From assembly GCA_963760795.1 (NCBI GenBank), contig CAVXEP010000019.1, forward strand, positions 128,001 to 192,000: 64,000 nucleotides of DNA. Reading direction: 5' to 3'. Each line of letters begins with the position of its first letter. Position 1 is the first letter of the stretch. The stretch is from an uncultured delta proteobacterium (GTDB lineage Bacteria; Desulfobacterota; Binatia; UBA9968). Positions 31,638 through 42,013 of the stretch are shown here, piece by piece. The notes under the pieces are model-generated. The model worked only from the letters and a program-made list of their open reading frames with translations, had not been told where the DNA came from and did not search any database. A program made the position numbers and the translations under genes.

Positions 31638-33476
31638 CTAGTTGCAGATCATCACATGACAATCATGGGGCAAACGCTTCATGAGACCTTTGATCACATG
31701 ACCGCGCAGCATGTGGTAAAACGCCGATCGCCGGCTCGCGCCAATCATGACTGTGTCGACGTCGAGGACTTTGGCGGCGTTTGCGATCGCCTCGGCGGCG
31801 TTGTGCGATACCATCCAGATGGGGATCGCTTCGATATTCTTGCCGCGCGTCTCCTGCACGGCGGCACGCAATGTGCGCAGCCCTTCCTCGTTGGGCCGAT
31901 GGGGCGTGTGCCCGTCAAACAGTCCGGGCCATTCCTCGACATATACGCAATAAAGCGCCGTCTCGCCAGCGCCCTTGGATCGGCGGATTCCTTCTTGCAT
32001 GAGCCGTGGATTTTCGCCGCGCAAGGCCATTAGGGTAGAAGAAGAATAGAGGGCTTTGATTTCGACGGCATCGGCCAGTCTGACCAGCCCTTTAAGTTCC
32101 TCATCGACCAAAGCTTCCGAAGCCTGGTAAGCACGGGCTTGCAAGCGCTGGATCCAAGGAATCTTGTGCAGCAGATCGAGAAACCACGAGCGGCGCACGC
32201 CGACGGCGACGGTCATGCCGATCAAGGTCAGGGCGCCGCCGAAGGCGGTGGCCAATTCCTTTTCGACCAGATTGATGCACCAGGCCACGGCGATCATGAC
32301 GGTGGTCAGGACGCCGATCCAAAAAGCGAGATCGCGGCGCCCGAGACGCCAACGAATGACGTCCAGGCTGAGCGATGAAAAGACAAAGGCACCGAGCAAG
32401 CCGAACGCGTACATCTCGCCGAGCAGTGCGAGCTTGCCTTGGGTGGCCAAAATCACCGCGATGGGGACTCCAGTGGCAATCGAAATGGCGATGTGTGGGC
32501 TATTGAAGTGGGCGCTGCGTATGGCGATGATTCGGGGCAAAAATTCCAAACGGGTCAGTGCTAGAAAAATATGATAGGCACCGATGATCGCCGTGTTGGC
32601 GGCAAAGAGCAGCAACGTCGAAGCGCTCATGACCACTGCGAGTTTAAGGCCCAACCCGCCCGAGACCATGGCGACTTCGGAAATGAAACGTTCGCTCTGG
32701 GTCGCCTTGAACTCGGCCGACAACAGATGGATCGACAACAGGGTCAACAACGGCGAGGTCAATAGCGTGGTCACGATCACAGCTAACATCGCCCAGCGCG
32801 CCGTGCGGCGCAGCGGGAAGCGCATGTTCGGCGTCAATTGACTGATACTTTCCAAGCCGGAGAACGCCAGCCAGGCTGCTGCGAAGCCAACCAGCAATTC
32901 GCGATAGGACATTGATTGATCCGGCGTGAAGCTGGCCAGCGCTCGCCACAACTGCGCCGGTGAAAACTGCCAGAGGGATACGGCGCCGACAACCAGGTTC
33001 ACTAAAAATGCCGCCAGCGCCATGATTAGGGCGACGGTGGCGCTCTCGCGAATGCCGATGACGTTTAATATCGCCAAGGCGACAAGTCCGACGCAAGCGA
33101 GCACAATGATGTGGCTGTCAATGAAGGGCACCACGCTAGCGATGTAGTGGAAGCCCGAGACCGCGGAGATCGCCGCGGTCAGAAAATAACTGGTGGTAAT
33201 CAACATGCCGCCCAGGCAGCCCCACATGGGACCGAAGGCTTTGGTGGCGATGGTGACGACGCCGCCACCTTCGGGGTTACGCCAACTGATCTCGATATAC
33301 TTCAGGGCGAGTGGGATGAAGCCCAGAGTCGTTAACAAGACGAAAAATGGAGTGTTATCGCCGACGTTGCCGTAGAGGATGCCCGGAACGTAGTAGATCG
33401 AAGTGCCGATGTCACAAAAAACTACCGCCCAAGCAAGGAGCCAGGTCAGTTGTCGAGTGTCCCTCGTGGGTTCCAT
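31638..33476 (-). CDS. APC-family permease with C-terminal USP-like domain, paralog 1
   Basis: about 12 TM, same motifs as paralog 2, intact 612 aa. Confidence 0.88.
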   Translation of the reverse strand: MEPTRDTRQLTWLLAWAVVFCDIGTSIYYVPGILYGNVGDNTPFFVLLTTLGFIPLALKYIEISWRNPEGGGVVTIATKAFGPMWGCLGGMLITTSYFLTAAISAVSGFHYIASVVPFIDSHIIVLACVGLVALAILNVIGIRESATVALIMALAAFLVNLVVGAVSLWQFSPAQLWRALASFTPDQSMSYRELLVGFAAAWLAFSGLESISQLTPNMRFPLRRTARWAMLAVIVTTLLTSPLLTLLSIHLLSAEFKATQSERFISEVAMVSGGLGLKLAVVMSASTLLLFAANTAIIGAYHIFLALTRLEFLPRIIAIRSAHFNSPHIAISIATGVPIAVILATQGKLALLGEMYAFGLLGAFVFSSLSLDVIRWRLGRRDLAFWIGVLTTVMIAVAWCINLVEKELATAFGGALTLIGMTVAVGVRRSWFLDLLHKIPWIQRLQARAYQASEALVDEELKGLVRLADAVEIKALYSSSTLMALRGENPRLMQEGIRRSKGAGETALYCVYVEEWPGLFDGHTPHRPNEEGLRTLRAAVQETRGKNIEAIPIWMVSHNAAEAIANAAKVLDVDTVMIGASRRSAFYHMLRGHVIKGLMKRLPHDCHVMICN

Positions 33477-33582
33477 GATGCCAGTAAAGATGGTTGGAGC
33501 TGTTCTATTTCGAGGGCCAGGTGATAGGCTCTTGCATTGATAACGCCCTTCGACTTATCATGCAACTCAACATCCCGATCCT

Positions 33583-34698
33583 ATGGCCCTGCCGGTTCAA
33601 TACTTTCAGAAGCTCGTTGAGAGTTCTCCTGACATCATCATTTCGGTCGACAAGTCCGGCACGATTACTTTCTACAACGACGGCGCGCGGCAGAATTTGG
33701 GTTTTTCCTACGACGAAGTCTTAGGCAAAAACGTTTTAGAGATTTATCCTAACCTCGAAGAGGCGCGCAAAGTCATGAAGACAATGCGTGCCGACGACGG
33801 TGACGGCAAGGGCCGGGTCAGAAACTTCGAAACGGTTTTCAAAACCAAACGCGGCGAGCAGATGCCCGTGGCCATTTCCGCTTCGATTATTTACGACGAT
33901 CAGGGCCGCGAAATCGGCTCCATCGGCTTTGCCAAGGATATTCGCGAAATCCGCCGGCGCGACCGTTTAGTAACCCTGGCCGAGATCGCCGTCGGGTTGT
34001 CCCATGAGATCAATAATTGTTTGGAAGTCCTGGTCAATCAGACCGAGTTGATGAAGAAATATGTCGAGCGCGTCGCCAGCGACGAGGATTATATCGTCGA
34101 GTCGGACCGCCTCGACTCGGTGGCGTCCCAGGTGCGCAAGATGCAAGACATCACGACGCGCATGGCCAAAATGGCCGAAGAGGGCGAGTACGGCACCACG
34201 GAGTATCTCGACGGCAAGATGATGACCGATCTCCATGTCGATGCCACGGCTGGCGAGAAACCCTGCGTCCGGCCGGCGCCCGACGCGCGCTTTCCTTTGA
34301 GCGGTCTTAACGTTTTGGTGGTCGACGACGACGCGGGCATATGCCAGTCGCTCAAGCAGCTGTTGGAGTCGGAGCGCTGCTGCATCGAGACCGCGGCTTC
34401 CGGTGTCTACGCCATGGAGTGGTTGGGGCGGCGTCGTTTCGATGTCGTGTTGAGCGATGTCGTCATGCCTGACATGGATGGTTACGAGCTCTATCAAACC
34501 GTCAAGAAAAACACGCCCGAGCTTCCTGTAGTCTTGATGACGGCGTTCAATTACGACAAAGACCACATCATCAAGCGCAGTTGCCTCGAGGGTTTGCAGG
34601 GCGTGATCTTCAAAAAACCGGTCAATCCGACCATGCTCAAAAAAGTCTTGCTGCAACAATGCCGGCCCGAGCCGGTACCGCCGCCCGCCGCGCCTTGA
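33583..34698 (+). CDS. PAS-HisKA-receiver protein lacking HATPase domain
   Basis: PAS/PAC, LSHEINN H-box, REC (VVDDD, SDVVMPDMDG, KKP). Confidence 0.85.
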   Translation: MALPVQYFQKLVESSPDIIISVDKSGTITFYNDGARQNLGFSYDEVLGKNVLEIYPNLEEARKVMKTMRADDGDGKGRVRNFETVFKTKRGEQMPVAISASIIYDDQGREIGSIGFAKDIREIRRRDRLVTLAEIAVGLSHEINNCLEVLVNQTELMKKYVERVASDEDYIVESDRLDSVASQVRKMQDITTRMAKMAEEGEYGTTEYLDGKMMTDLHVDATAGEKPCVRPAPDARFPLSGLNVLVVDDDAGICQSLKQLLESERCCIETAASGVYAMEWLGRRRFDVVLSDVVMPDMDGYELYQTVKKNTPELPVVLMTAFNYDKDHIIKRSCLEGLQGVIFKKPVNPTMLKKVLLQQCRPEPVPPPAAP

Positions 34699-34734
34699 TA
34701 AACTTGATAGTCAATCGCTCAACTGACCGCGCCC

Positions 34735-35070
34735 GTGAATAAAGAAGAATTCTACAACCAGGGGATGGAGCATTTCGCTGAAGATCGCCTGGACGATGCG
34801 GTTGCCGCCTATCTCCATGCCCTCGATGAAGATCCCAATTACGCCGAGGCGTTGCATGCGTTGGCGATGACCTACGCGCACCAAGAGAAAGTCGATCAAG
34901 CCATCGACGTAGCTAAACGCTTGATCGCGGCGGCGCCGGAAGATGAACTCGCCTATACCAGCTTGTCGATCTTCTATCAGCAGAAGGGCATGATCGCCGA
35001 AGCCGAAGAGGTTGGCGCCAAGGCCCGTACCCTCGGTTGGAAGCGCCAGCTCGCCGAGAACAAACGCTAG
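34735..35070 (+). CDS. TPR protein
   Basis: AYLHALDEDPNYAEALHALA and PEDELAYTSLS repeats. Confidence 0.8.
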   Translation: MNKEEFYNQGMEHFAEDRLDDAVAAYLHALDEDPNYAEALHALAMTYAHQEKVDQAIDVAKRLIAAAPEDELAYTSLSIFYQQKGMIAEAEEVGAKARTLGWKRQLAENKR

Positions 35071-35269
35071 TCCACGTTTCGCAGTTCACTCACACTCACT
35101 CACCATCGATTACCAAGAGGCGGCAAGCCGGTGTCTAACACGCTGCGCTAAAACGTGCGCCGGCGCATCGAACACTTGCGTTCACAGGGGAAAACTTTAA
35201 CCGGTCTTGTGTTTGTGGGACGCCACGGCTGGCGGAAATCCGCCAGCCGAATATCGAAAACGGCGCCGC

Positions 35270-35455
35270 GGATCGAAACGAACCGCGCAAGGGTAAACCG
35301 GAATCCGGAGCACAAACTTCGAAACCGAGGCCCAATAAATTCGAAATCAGAAAATCCAAAAACGCCGAATCCGATTCCCCTGTTTGGAACCCTTGCTTGT
35401 GTTTCATTTTCCATAGCTTTGAATTTGTTTCGGATTTCGTGCTGCGAATTTTTCT
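35270..35455. repeat. 7-8-nt periodic inverted repeat region (CGAAAT / ATTTCG)
   Basis: aattcgaaatcagaaaatccaaa ... tttgaatttgtttcggatttcgtgctgcgaattt between convergent genes. Confidence 0.5.
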
Positions 35456-35470
35456 AGGTGCATTTCCAAA

Positions 35471-36700
35471 TCAGCTCTCACCGACAGCTTTAGCGTCACG
35501 TAAACTCGTACGGAAGTTGACCACATAGCCGACCAGACCGATGGTGAGTGCGCCGCAAATCGCCACCGTCCAAGGTGCGCCGATCCAGGTGGCGATCAGG
35601 CCGAAGGGGAAGCTGCCCATGGGGCCGAGGCCGCGATTGATCAAACCGAACATCGACATGATGCGGCCGCGGTTATGCTCGTTGGTGTGGAATTGCAGAA
35701 GCGTGGCGACCGCCGACAGGAATGTCGTTTGGAAGCCGCCGGCGATAAACAAAAACACCAGCGACAATGGAAAGCTGCGCGAAGTGGCGAATAGGGCGAT
35801 CGAGACACCGAAGCCGGCGGCGAGGCCAAACAGCAGCCGCGCCGGCCTGGGGAAGCGGCGCACTGAGGCGAGTGTCAGCCCGCCCAAGATCGCGCCGGCG
35901 CCGGGCGCCATGAGCAGCATGCCGAGACCGGGAGCGCCGACATTCAAGATCGTCTGCGCGAACACCGGCATGAACTGGGTGTACGGCTTGGTGCAAAAGC
36001 TGACGACGGCGAGGACCGTGAAGAGTGCGAGAAACATCGGCGTGTTCCATGCGAGCCTCAGACCGTCGATCATATCGCGTGTAAGACTGGTCTTGCCGCT
36101 TGCCGGCTCGGTAGCAGGTATGTGGATGAGAAATATCGTGACCAACACCAGCAGATTACCGATAGTGGCGAGAAAGAAGCAGCCTTTGGTATCGATCACC
36201 GGGATTAGCAGACCTCCGATGGACGGTCCGAACAGCATCGAGCCGTTAAAGACCATTTGATAGAGCGTGACCGCGTTTGGCAAGTCTTCGCGCGGCACGA
36301 GATGATGCAGGATCGACTGGCGCACCGGCTGCTCGAAGGAAACCAGCAAGCCGGTGAACGCCGAGACCAGTAAAAGATGCCAGACCTGGATTAGCCCGAG
36401 ATGATGCATGACGCCGAGAAAAAGCGCCATCGCGACGAAGCAAATTTGGGTTAGCAAAAAAATGGTTTTTCGGTCGGTACGGTCGACCACGGCGCCGCCG
36501 AAGGCGGAAAACAGCACGCGCGGCAACCCGAGGCAGAGTCCTTCCAGACCCAAGTAAAAAGGCGATTCGGTGAGTTGAAATATCAGCCAAGTTTGCGCCG
36601 TGGTTTGCACCAGGGTACCGGTATGGCCAAAAAATAGGCCGAGCCAGTAGATCAAGTAGTCGCGGTGGCGAAAGGCGCGGAACGTGGTGTTCAGAAGCAT
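35471..36700 (-). CDS. MFS transporter (MFS_3/EntS-like)
   Basis: FRAFRHRDY, GGAVVDRTDRK, RGRIMS and 12 TM. Confidence 0.9.
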   Translation of the reverse strand: MLLNTTFRAFRHRDYLIYWLGLFFGHTGTLVQTTAQTWLIFQLTESPFYLGLEGLCLGLPRVLFSAFGGAVVDRTDRKTIFLLTQICFVAMALFLGVMHHLGLIQVWHLLLVSAFTGLLVSFEQPVRQSILHHLVPREDLPNAVTLYQMVFNGSMLFGPSIGGLLIPVIDTKGCFFLATIGNLLVLVTIFLIHIPATEPASGKTSLTRDMIDGLRLAWNTPMFLALFTVLAVVSFCTKPYTQFMPVFAQTILNVGAPGLGMLLMAPGAGAILGGLTLASVRRFPRPARLLFGLAAGFGVSIALFATSRSFPLSLVFLFIAGGFQTTFLSAVATLLQFHTNEHNRGRIMSMFGLINRGLGPMGSFPFGLIATWIGAPWTVAICGALTIGLVGYVVNFRTSLRDAKAVGES

Positions 36701-36844
36701 GAAGGTAGTCTTATTGCCGCGCTTCGTGGAGTTTGCATTGGCGCAACCGGCGCTTTAGCCCGAACGGGTATAACGCGCGATCATGACCGCTGCGGGTTGT
36801 TGGCCATCGGCGCGATGCATCGTTCTAGGCAAGGGAAGAAAACT

Positions 36845-36919
36845 TGGTGGTCCCAACGGGAATCGAACCCGTGTTCCCGACGTGAGAGGCCGGTGTCCTA
36901 ACCGCTAGACGATGGGACC
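36845..36919 (-). tRNA. tRNA-Glu(CTC)
   Basis: GGTCCCA acceptor stem, anticodon arm ccggc-CT-CTC-AC-gtcgg, GGTTCGATTCC, encoded CCA. Confidence 0.96.
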
Positions 36920-36920
36920 T

Positions 36921-36996
36921 TGGCTGAGGAGGCAGGACTTGAACCTACAATCGCCTGATTCAGAGTCAGGTGGCTTACCAATTAGCCGACTCCTCA
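36921..36996 (-). tRNA. tRNA-Gln(CTG)
   Basis: TGAGGAG acceptor stem (U1-A72), cctga-CT-CTG-AA-tcagg, GGTTCAAGTCC, encoded CCA. Confidence 0.96.
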
Positions 36997-37051
36997 AATT
37001 CGCAGCGAATTCAAAGTAGAAGAATTGATTTACAGAGTCAAGTTGGCGGAC

Positions 37052-38467
37052 TCAAGCTTTGGCTCGCTCAACTGCTTGTTTGAGTCGAGCAATGCTGCGG
37101 TCTTTGCCGAGCACCGCGATGACATCGTGGATGCCTGGGCTTACGGTCGATCCGGTTAGCGCGACCCGCACCGGTTGCGCTAGTTCGCCCATCTTCAGGC
37201 GCTGTTCTTCGAGCGTGCTGGTGAAGGCATGCTCGATGTTGGCTTCGGTGAATTCACTCAGCGCCGCTAGTTTGCCGGCCAGGGAGGACATGCTGTCGGC
37301 TGCGGCTGCGGTCAAAAACTTCGCCGCGGCGTTCTCGTCGTAGACGATTCGGTCGTCGAGATAGTACCGCGCCATCTCCACCAGCTCGACCAAAGTCTTG
37401 GCGCGCTCGCGCAAAGTTGCGATCATCTTTTCGAGCCACTGGCGATCCTGAGGTACTGGATAGCCCTTCGCTTGGATATACGGGACGACTTCTTCAGCCA
37501 GTTGAGACAGTGGTTTGGTCTTCAAATAGTGAAAATTCACCCAGAGAAATTTTTCGGGATTGAAAATGCCTGCAGCCTTGCCGACATGTTCCAAGCTGAA
37601 CATGTCGAGCAATTGCTGGCGCGTAAATATCTCCTGGTCGCCATGGGACCAGGCCAGACGGACGAGATAATTTACCACCGCCTCGGCTAAGTAACCCATG
37701 TCGCGATAGGTGATGACCGAAGTGGCGCCATGGCGCTTGCTCAGCCGCGCCTTGTCGGTACCCAAGATGAGCGGCACATGAGCGAATTGTGGTAGCGGAC
37801 TGCCCAAAGCTTGGTAGAAATGAATCTGCCGCGGCGTGTTGGACAGATGGTCGTCGCCGCGGATGATATGGCTGATCGCCATGTCGATGTCGTCGACGAC
37901 GACGCAGAAATTATACGTCGGCGTGCCGTCGGTGCGGGCGATGATGAGATCGTCAAGCTCGCGGTTTTCAAAGACGACATCGCCCTTGATCAAATCTTTG
38001 ACCACCGTCGTGCCCTCGCGCGGAGTGCGAAAGCGGATGATATAGGGCGTGTCGGTGGGCAGCGCCGCAATCACGCCTTCTGCGGGCCGGCAAGTGCCGT
38101 CATAGGAAGGTTTGCGTTTTTCTTTCATCGCCGCTTGGCGTTTGGCGTCGAGCTCCGCGGCACTGCAAGTGCAGGGATAAGCTTTGCCCATGGCCAAGAG
38201 TTCCTGGACCTTTTGCCGGTAAAGCGGGTAGCGCTCGGTCTGATAAAACGGCCCCTCGTCGTAATCGAGTTCGAGCCACTTCATGGCGTCGAGAATCGCC
38301 TGGATCGCCTCGGGGGTCGACCGTTCGCGGTCGGTGTCTTCGATGCGCAGGATAAACTTGCCGCCATGATGACGCGCGAAGAGGAAATTAAACAGCGCGG
38401 TGCGCGCGCCGCCGATATGGAGGTAGCCGGTCGGGCTGGGAGCGAATCGGGTTCTGACTTGTGCCAT
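37052..38467 (-). CDS. gltX: glutamate--tRNA ligase
   Basis: RFAPSPTGYLHIGG, RIEDTD, IRGDDH and RLSKR. Confidence 0.97.
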   Translation of the reverse strand: MAQVRTRFAPSPTGYLHIGGARTALFNFLFARHHGGKFILRIEDTDRERSTPEAIQAILDAMKWLELDYDEGPFYQTERYPLYRQKVQELLAMGKAYPCTCSAAELDAKRQAAMKEKRKPSYDGTCRPAEGVIAALPTDTPYIIRFRTPREGTTVVKDLIKGDVVFENRELDDLIIARTDGTPTYNFCVVVDDIDMAISHIIRGDDHLSNTPRQIHFYQALGSPLPQFAHVPLILGTDKARLSKRHGATSVITYRDMGYLAEAVVNYLVRLAWSHGDQEIFTRQQLLDMFSLEHVGKAAGIFNPEKFLWVNFHYLKTKPLSQLAEEVVPYIQAKGYPVPQDRQWLEKMIATLRERAKTLVELVEMARYYLDDRIVYDENAAAKFLTAAAADSMSSLAGKLAALSEFTEANIEHAFTSTLEEQRLKMGELAQPVRVALTGSTVSPGIHDVIAVLGKDRSIARLKQAVERAKA

Positions 38468-38520
38468 TGCGTGAAGCTAACAGGCGGCTGAAATGGCGTC
38501 AACGGCGCGTTATGAAATCG

Positions 38521-38544
38521 CCGCGGATATGCTAATATCCGCGG
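38521..38544. promoter_or_regulatory. perfect inverted repeat in the gltX/glnS divergent promoter region
   Basis: CCGCGGATAT-GCTA-ATATCCGCGG. Confidence 0.45.
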
Positions 38545-38571
38545 AATTAAAGTAATCCTGGGGTAGCTAAC

Positions 38572-40290
38572 ATGGCAGAGGGAGACAGTAGCAAAGATAG
38601 CTCGGCGAATGAGTCGGTGCCATCTCATTTCATTCGTAACATTGTCGTTGAGGATATTCGGCAGAACAAAAATCACGGCCGAGTCCATACTCGGTTCCCG
38701 CCGGAGCCCAATGGCTACTTGCACATCGGTCACGCCAAATCGATCTGTCTCAATTTCGGCTTGGCTGCCGAGTTCGGCGGCAAGTGCAATCTGCGTTTCG
38801 ACGACACGAATCCAAGCAAGGAAAATGTCGAGTACGTCGATTCGATCAAAGAAGACGTCCGCTGGCTAGGGTTCGCTTGGGACGGAGAATATTACGCCTC
38901 GGATTATTTCGAGCGGCTCTACCAGTTTGCCGCGCAATTAATTCACGCCGGGATGGCGTTTGTTTGCGATCTCAACGCCGAGCAGATGCGCCAGTATCGC
39001 GGCACGCTCACCGAGCCGGGCAAGCCCAGCCCCTATCGCGACCGCTCGGTGGACGATAATCTCGACCTGTTTCAGCGCATGCGCACCGGCGAAGTGCCGG
39101 ACGGCGGCCGCACGTTGCGCGCCAAGATCGATATGGCGTCGCCCAATATCAATCTGCGCGATCCGGTCATGTACCGGGTGCTGCGCGCGACCCATCATCG
39201 CACCGGCGATAACTGGTGCATTTATCCAACCTACGACTTCGCCCACGGCCAATCCGATTCCATCGAAGGCATTACGCACTCGATTTGCACGCTGGAGTTC
39301 GAGGATCACCGGCCGCTGTACGATTGGTTTTTGGATCGACTGGCCGTGCATCATCCGCAGCAGATCGAATTTGCCCGGCTCAATCTAACTCACACCGTGT
39401 TGAGTAAGCGTAAGCTCCTGCAACTGGTCCAGCAAAAGCTTGTGGCCGGCTGGGACGATCCGCGCATGCCGACGTTGGCCGGCATCCGCCGGCGCGGTTA
39501 TACGCCGGAAGCGATTCGTAATTTTTGCGAGCGGATCGGCGTGGCCAAAGGCAACAGCACCGTCGATATCGCCATGCTTGAGCATAGTCTGCGCGAGGAT
39601 CTCAACAAGCGCGCGCCGCGCGTGATGGCGGTGTTGCGGCCGATCAAAGTCGTCTTGGAAAACTATCCTGAGGGTCAGGTCGAAGAGTTGGAAGCGGTCA
39701 ACAACCCTGAAGACCCTAGCGCCGGCACGCGCAAAGTTCCGTTCTCCCGCGAGCTTTACATCGAGCAGGACGATTTCCGTGAAGAGCCGCCCAAAGGATT
39801 TTTCCGTCTCTCACCAGGCACAGAGGTCCGTCTGCGTTACGCCTATATCATCAAGTGCAACGAAGTCGTAAAAGATCCCAGCAGCGGTGAGGTGCGCGAG
39901 TTGCGCTGCACCTACGACTCGGAAACGAAAAGCGGCTCGTCGCGAAGCAAGCGCAAAGTCAAAGCGACAATCCATTGGGTATCCGCATCTCATGCCGTCG
40001 AGGTTGAAGTCCGACTCTACGATCATCTTTTCGCGGTGGAGGACCCCGATGACGTACCGGAAGGCGCCGATTGGCTCGCTAACATCAATCCCAGTTCCCT
40101 GGAGCGTCTCGTCGCGTGCCGTGTCGAGCCCAGTCTCGCTGGCGCAAAAATCGGCGAGCGCTATCAGTTCGAACGGCTGGGGTATTTCTGCGTCGATCGG
40201 GAGTCGACGGATCAACGAAATGTGTTCAATCGCTCAGTAACGCTGCGGGATACATGGGTGAAAGTGGGGAGGGTGAGGAGGAGCACCTAG
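38572..40290 (+). CDS. glnS: glutamine--tRNA ligase
   Basis: [41 protein letters not shown] and QFERLGYF. Confidence 0.97.
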   Translation: MAEGDSSKDSSANESVPSHFIRNIVVEDIRQNKNHGRVHTRFPPEPNGYLHIGHAKSICLNFGLAAEFGGKCNLRFDDTNPSKENVEYVDSIKEDVRWLGFAWDGEYYASDYFERLYQFAAQLIHAGMAFVCDLNAEQMRQYRGTLTEPGKPSPYRDRSVDDNLDLFQRMRTGEVPDGGRTLRAKIDMASPNINLRDPVMYRVLRATHHRTGDNWCIYPTYDFAHGQSDSIEGITHSICTLEFEDHRPLYDWFLDRLAVHHPQQIEFARLNLTHTVLSKRKLLQLVQQKLVAGWDDPRMPTLAGIRRRGYTPEAIRNFCERIGVAKGNSTVDIAMLEHSLREDLNKRAPRVMAVLRPIKVVLENYPEGQVEELEAVNNPEDPSAGTRKVPFSRELYIEQDDFREEPPKGFFRLSPGTEVRLRYAYIIKCNEVVKDPSSGEVRELRCTYDSETKSGSSRSKRKVKATIHWVSASHAVEVEVRLYDHLFAVEDPDDVPEGADWLANINPSSLERLVACRVEPSLAGAKIGERYQFERLGYFCVDRESTDQRNVFNRSVTLRDTWVKVGRVRRST

Positions 40291-40382
40291 CGCCAGTTAG
40301 AGGATGTAAGACCTTTTTGGAGAAATTCCAGTCTTTAGTCATTGATTTGGATGATTGACAGGTCGCCGCGTAGTTCACCGGT

Positions 40383-41654
40383 TTAAAATTTATACCCCAC
40401 TGATACGATGACAAAGTTACTAAACGTTTCATACTGATCTTTGCCTGGAGCGCCTGCGAAGGGTATTCCGGTCGCAGGTGTCCCTTCCAGCTCGTTGTTG
40501 GTTATCCGGCGAGTTTTGTAGAATACCGCTTGATAACCCAGGTCGAAAGAAAATTTTTCCCATTTATAGCCGATACCTACATTCAAGGTGAGTTTGTCTG
40601 CATCGGGGATGCTGGGATTTTGTGTGCCGTTTGGTATCGGAGTTTCTTCAACCGCGAGTCCGCCGCGCAGTTCAATATTCTTAGTTAGGCTATAGTGGCT
40701 GCCAAATCTGACCGTACTCGTGTCTTGCCAATTTTGTGGAAGATTAAAACCGGGCAGCGGCCCGCTCTTAAATGTCGCTTTGAATGTCTTAAATTCGCTC
40801 CAGCGGGTAAATTCATAGACTAATTCCGCGCCCCAGGCCGGTGTTATTTGCCAGTGTGCACCGGCGTTAATAACGGGTGGCAGCGGTATCGGCTGAACAT
40901 CTGCTTTCACTTTCTGGCCACCCAGCACTCCACCAAGTTTCGCGTCGGCATCATCGAACCGAATATCTGTCCGTCCACGATAGCTGAATCCAAACTTCCA
41001 GTTATCCAAAGGCTTGATTAATAGACCGACGTTGTATGCGAACGCATTCGTTGTGTCGGTCACGCGCAGGTGCGCTTCTGCCGCTCCAGGCGCGAACGTA
41101 CAAGCCAGAGTGTTAAAGCAAAGAGAGCGAGAGAATAACCCTGACGCATGGACGAAACTAGCACCGGCGCCAATCGACAGTATCGGCGAGGGATGCCAAG
41201 ATAGCGATGGAGTGACATACAATGTTCGAAGCTCCGTACGTTCGGCGGCGAAACGGGTGAAGTCCCGCTCATACGTTGTCGCAAGTCCAAAAGGTGTGTA
41301 GGTTCCGATACCCGCCGAAATGTCAGTGCCGGGGATATGATAGTTGGCGAAGAGGCTCCCGAGGAAGTTGTCGTCGTGTTTGTTTACTGCCTCTCGGCCA
41401 CTATTCTCCACCGAACTTACGGCCCCAATATACATTCCATTGAGGAGAAGGTTGTTCCCAGGCACTTCTGAAAGCGCAGCAGGGTTATAATAGACGGCAG
41501 ACGCATCATCAACGCCGGCAGTCATGGCATTGGAGAGAGACAGTGCTCGAGCGGTCTGGTGTGGTATCATGAACCCGCCCGAAATCGCCAAGTCGTTTCC
41601 GTTAAGCAAAGTGACCAATAATAGACCGTAAAATCCTAATCTCGTGTTGGCCAT
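40383..41654 (-). CDS. FadL/OmpP1 outer-membrane channel for hydrophobic compounds
   Basis: hatch motif NAMTAGVDDASAVYYNPAAL, TPFGLAT, WSEF, PSIPDAD, C-terminal YKF. Confidence 0.88.
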   Translation of the reverse strand: MANTRLGFYGLLLVTLLNGNDLAISGGFMIPHQTARALSLSNAMTAGVDDASAVYYNPAALSEVPGNNLLLNGMYIGAVSSVENSGREAVNKHDDNFLGSLFANYHIPGTDISAGIGTYTPFGLATTYERDFTRFAAERTELRTLYVTPSLSWHPSPILSIGAGASFVHASGLFSRSLCFNTLACTFAPGAAEAHLRVTDTTNAFAYNVGLLIKPLDNWKFGFSYRGRTDIRFDDADAKLGGVLGGQKVKADVQPIPLPPVINAGAHWQITPAWGAELVYEFTRWSEFKTFKATFKSGPLPGFNLPQNWQDTSTVRFGSHYSLTKNIELRGGLAVEETPIPNGTQNPSIPDADKLTLNVGIGYKWEKFSFDLGYQAVFYKTRRITNNELEGTPATGIPFAGAPGKDQYETFSNFVIVSVGYKF

Positions 41655-41743
41655 CTGATTCCTTAGAAAATCGTTGACTCTTAGAGCCGGACTTTGTATA
41701 TCAATGCAAACAATTGCCAATGATTGCCATAAGTGAGGAGCCA

Positions 41744-41935
41744 ATGCAAGAAAATTTACTAACGGCCGAGCAGGTCGCTCAGTATCTGAAAGTGGATAAA
41801 TTCACGGTCTACCGTTTGGTGACCAAGAAAAAGATTCCAGCTTTCAAAGTCGGTAACCAATGGCGATTCGATAAGAAAATTATCGACGCTTGGCTTTTGA
41901 AGAACTCGAACATGGGAGATCAGACAAATCTTTAA
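41744..41935 (+). CDS. excisionase-like helix-turn-helix (HTH_17) regulator
   Basis: RBS GAGGAG; LLTAEQVAQYLKV..TVYRL....IPAFKVGNQWRF. Confidence 0.88.
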   Translation: MQENLLTAEQVAQYLKVDKFTVYRLVTKKKIPAFKVGNQWRFDKKIIDAWLLKNSNMGDQTNL

Positions 41936-42013
41936 TATGAACAACGTTAGGGGAGTTAGGATCGCCCTAGCAAAGTTGCTGAGTACCCCCACTAGAATTC
42001 GCGGATTGGCGTA

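Noticed and set aside
35135-35457. Three overlapping short ORFs
   Set aside because: They translate the periodic inverted-repeat region (F/S/D/E-rich pattern)
41705-41719. Sigma-54 promoter for fadL (minus strand TGGCAATTGTTTGCA)
   Set aside because: GG-GC spacing is one base short; valid only if a homopolymer base was dropped
41744-41935. Prophage or ICE implied by the excisionase-like gene
   Set aside because: No integrase, att duplication of the nearby tRNA ends, or phage genes in the window
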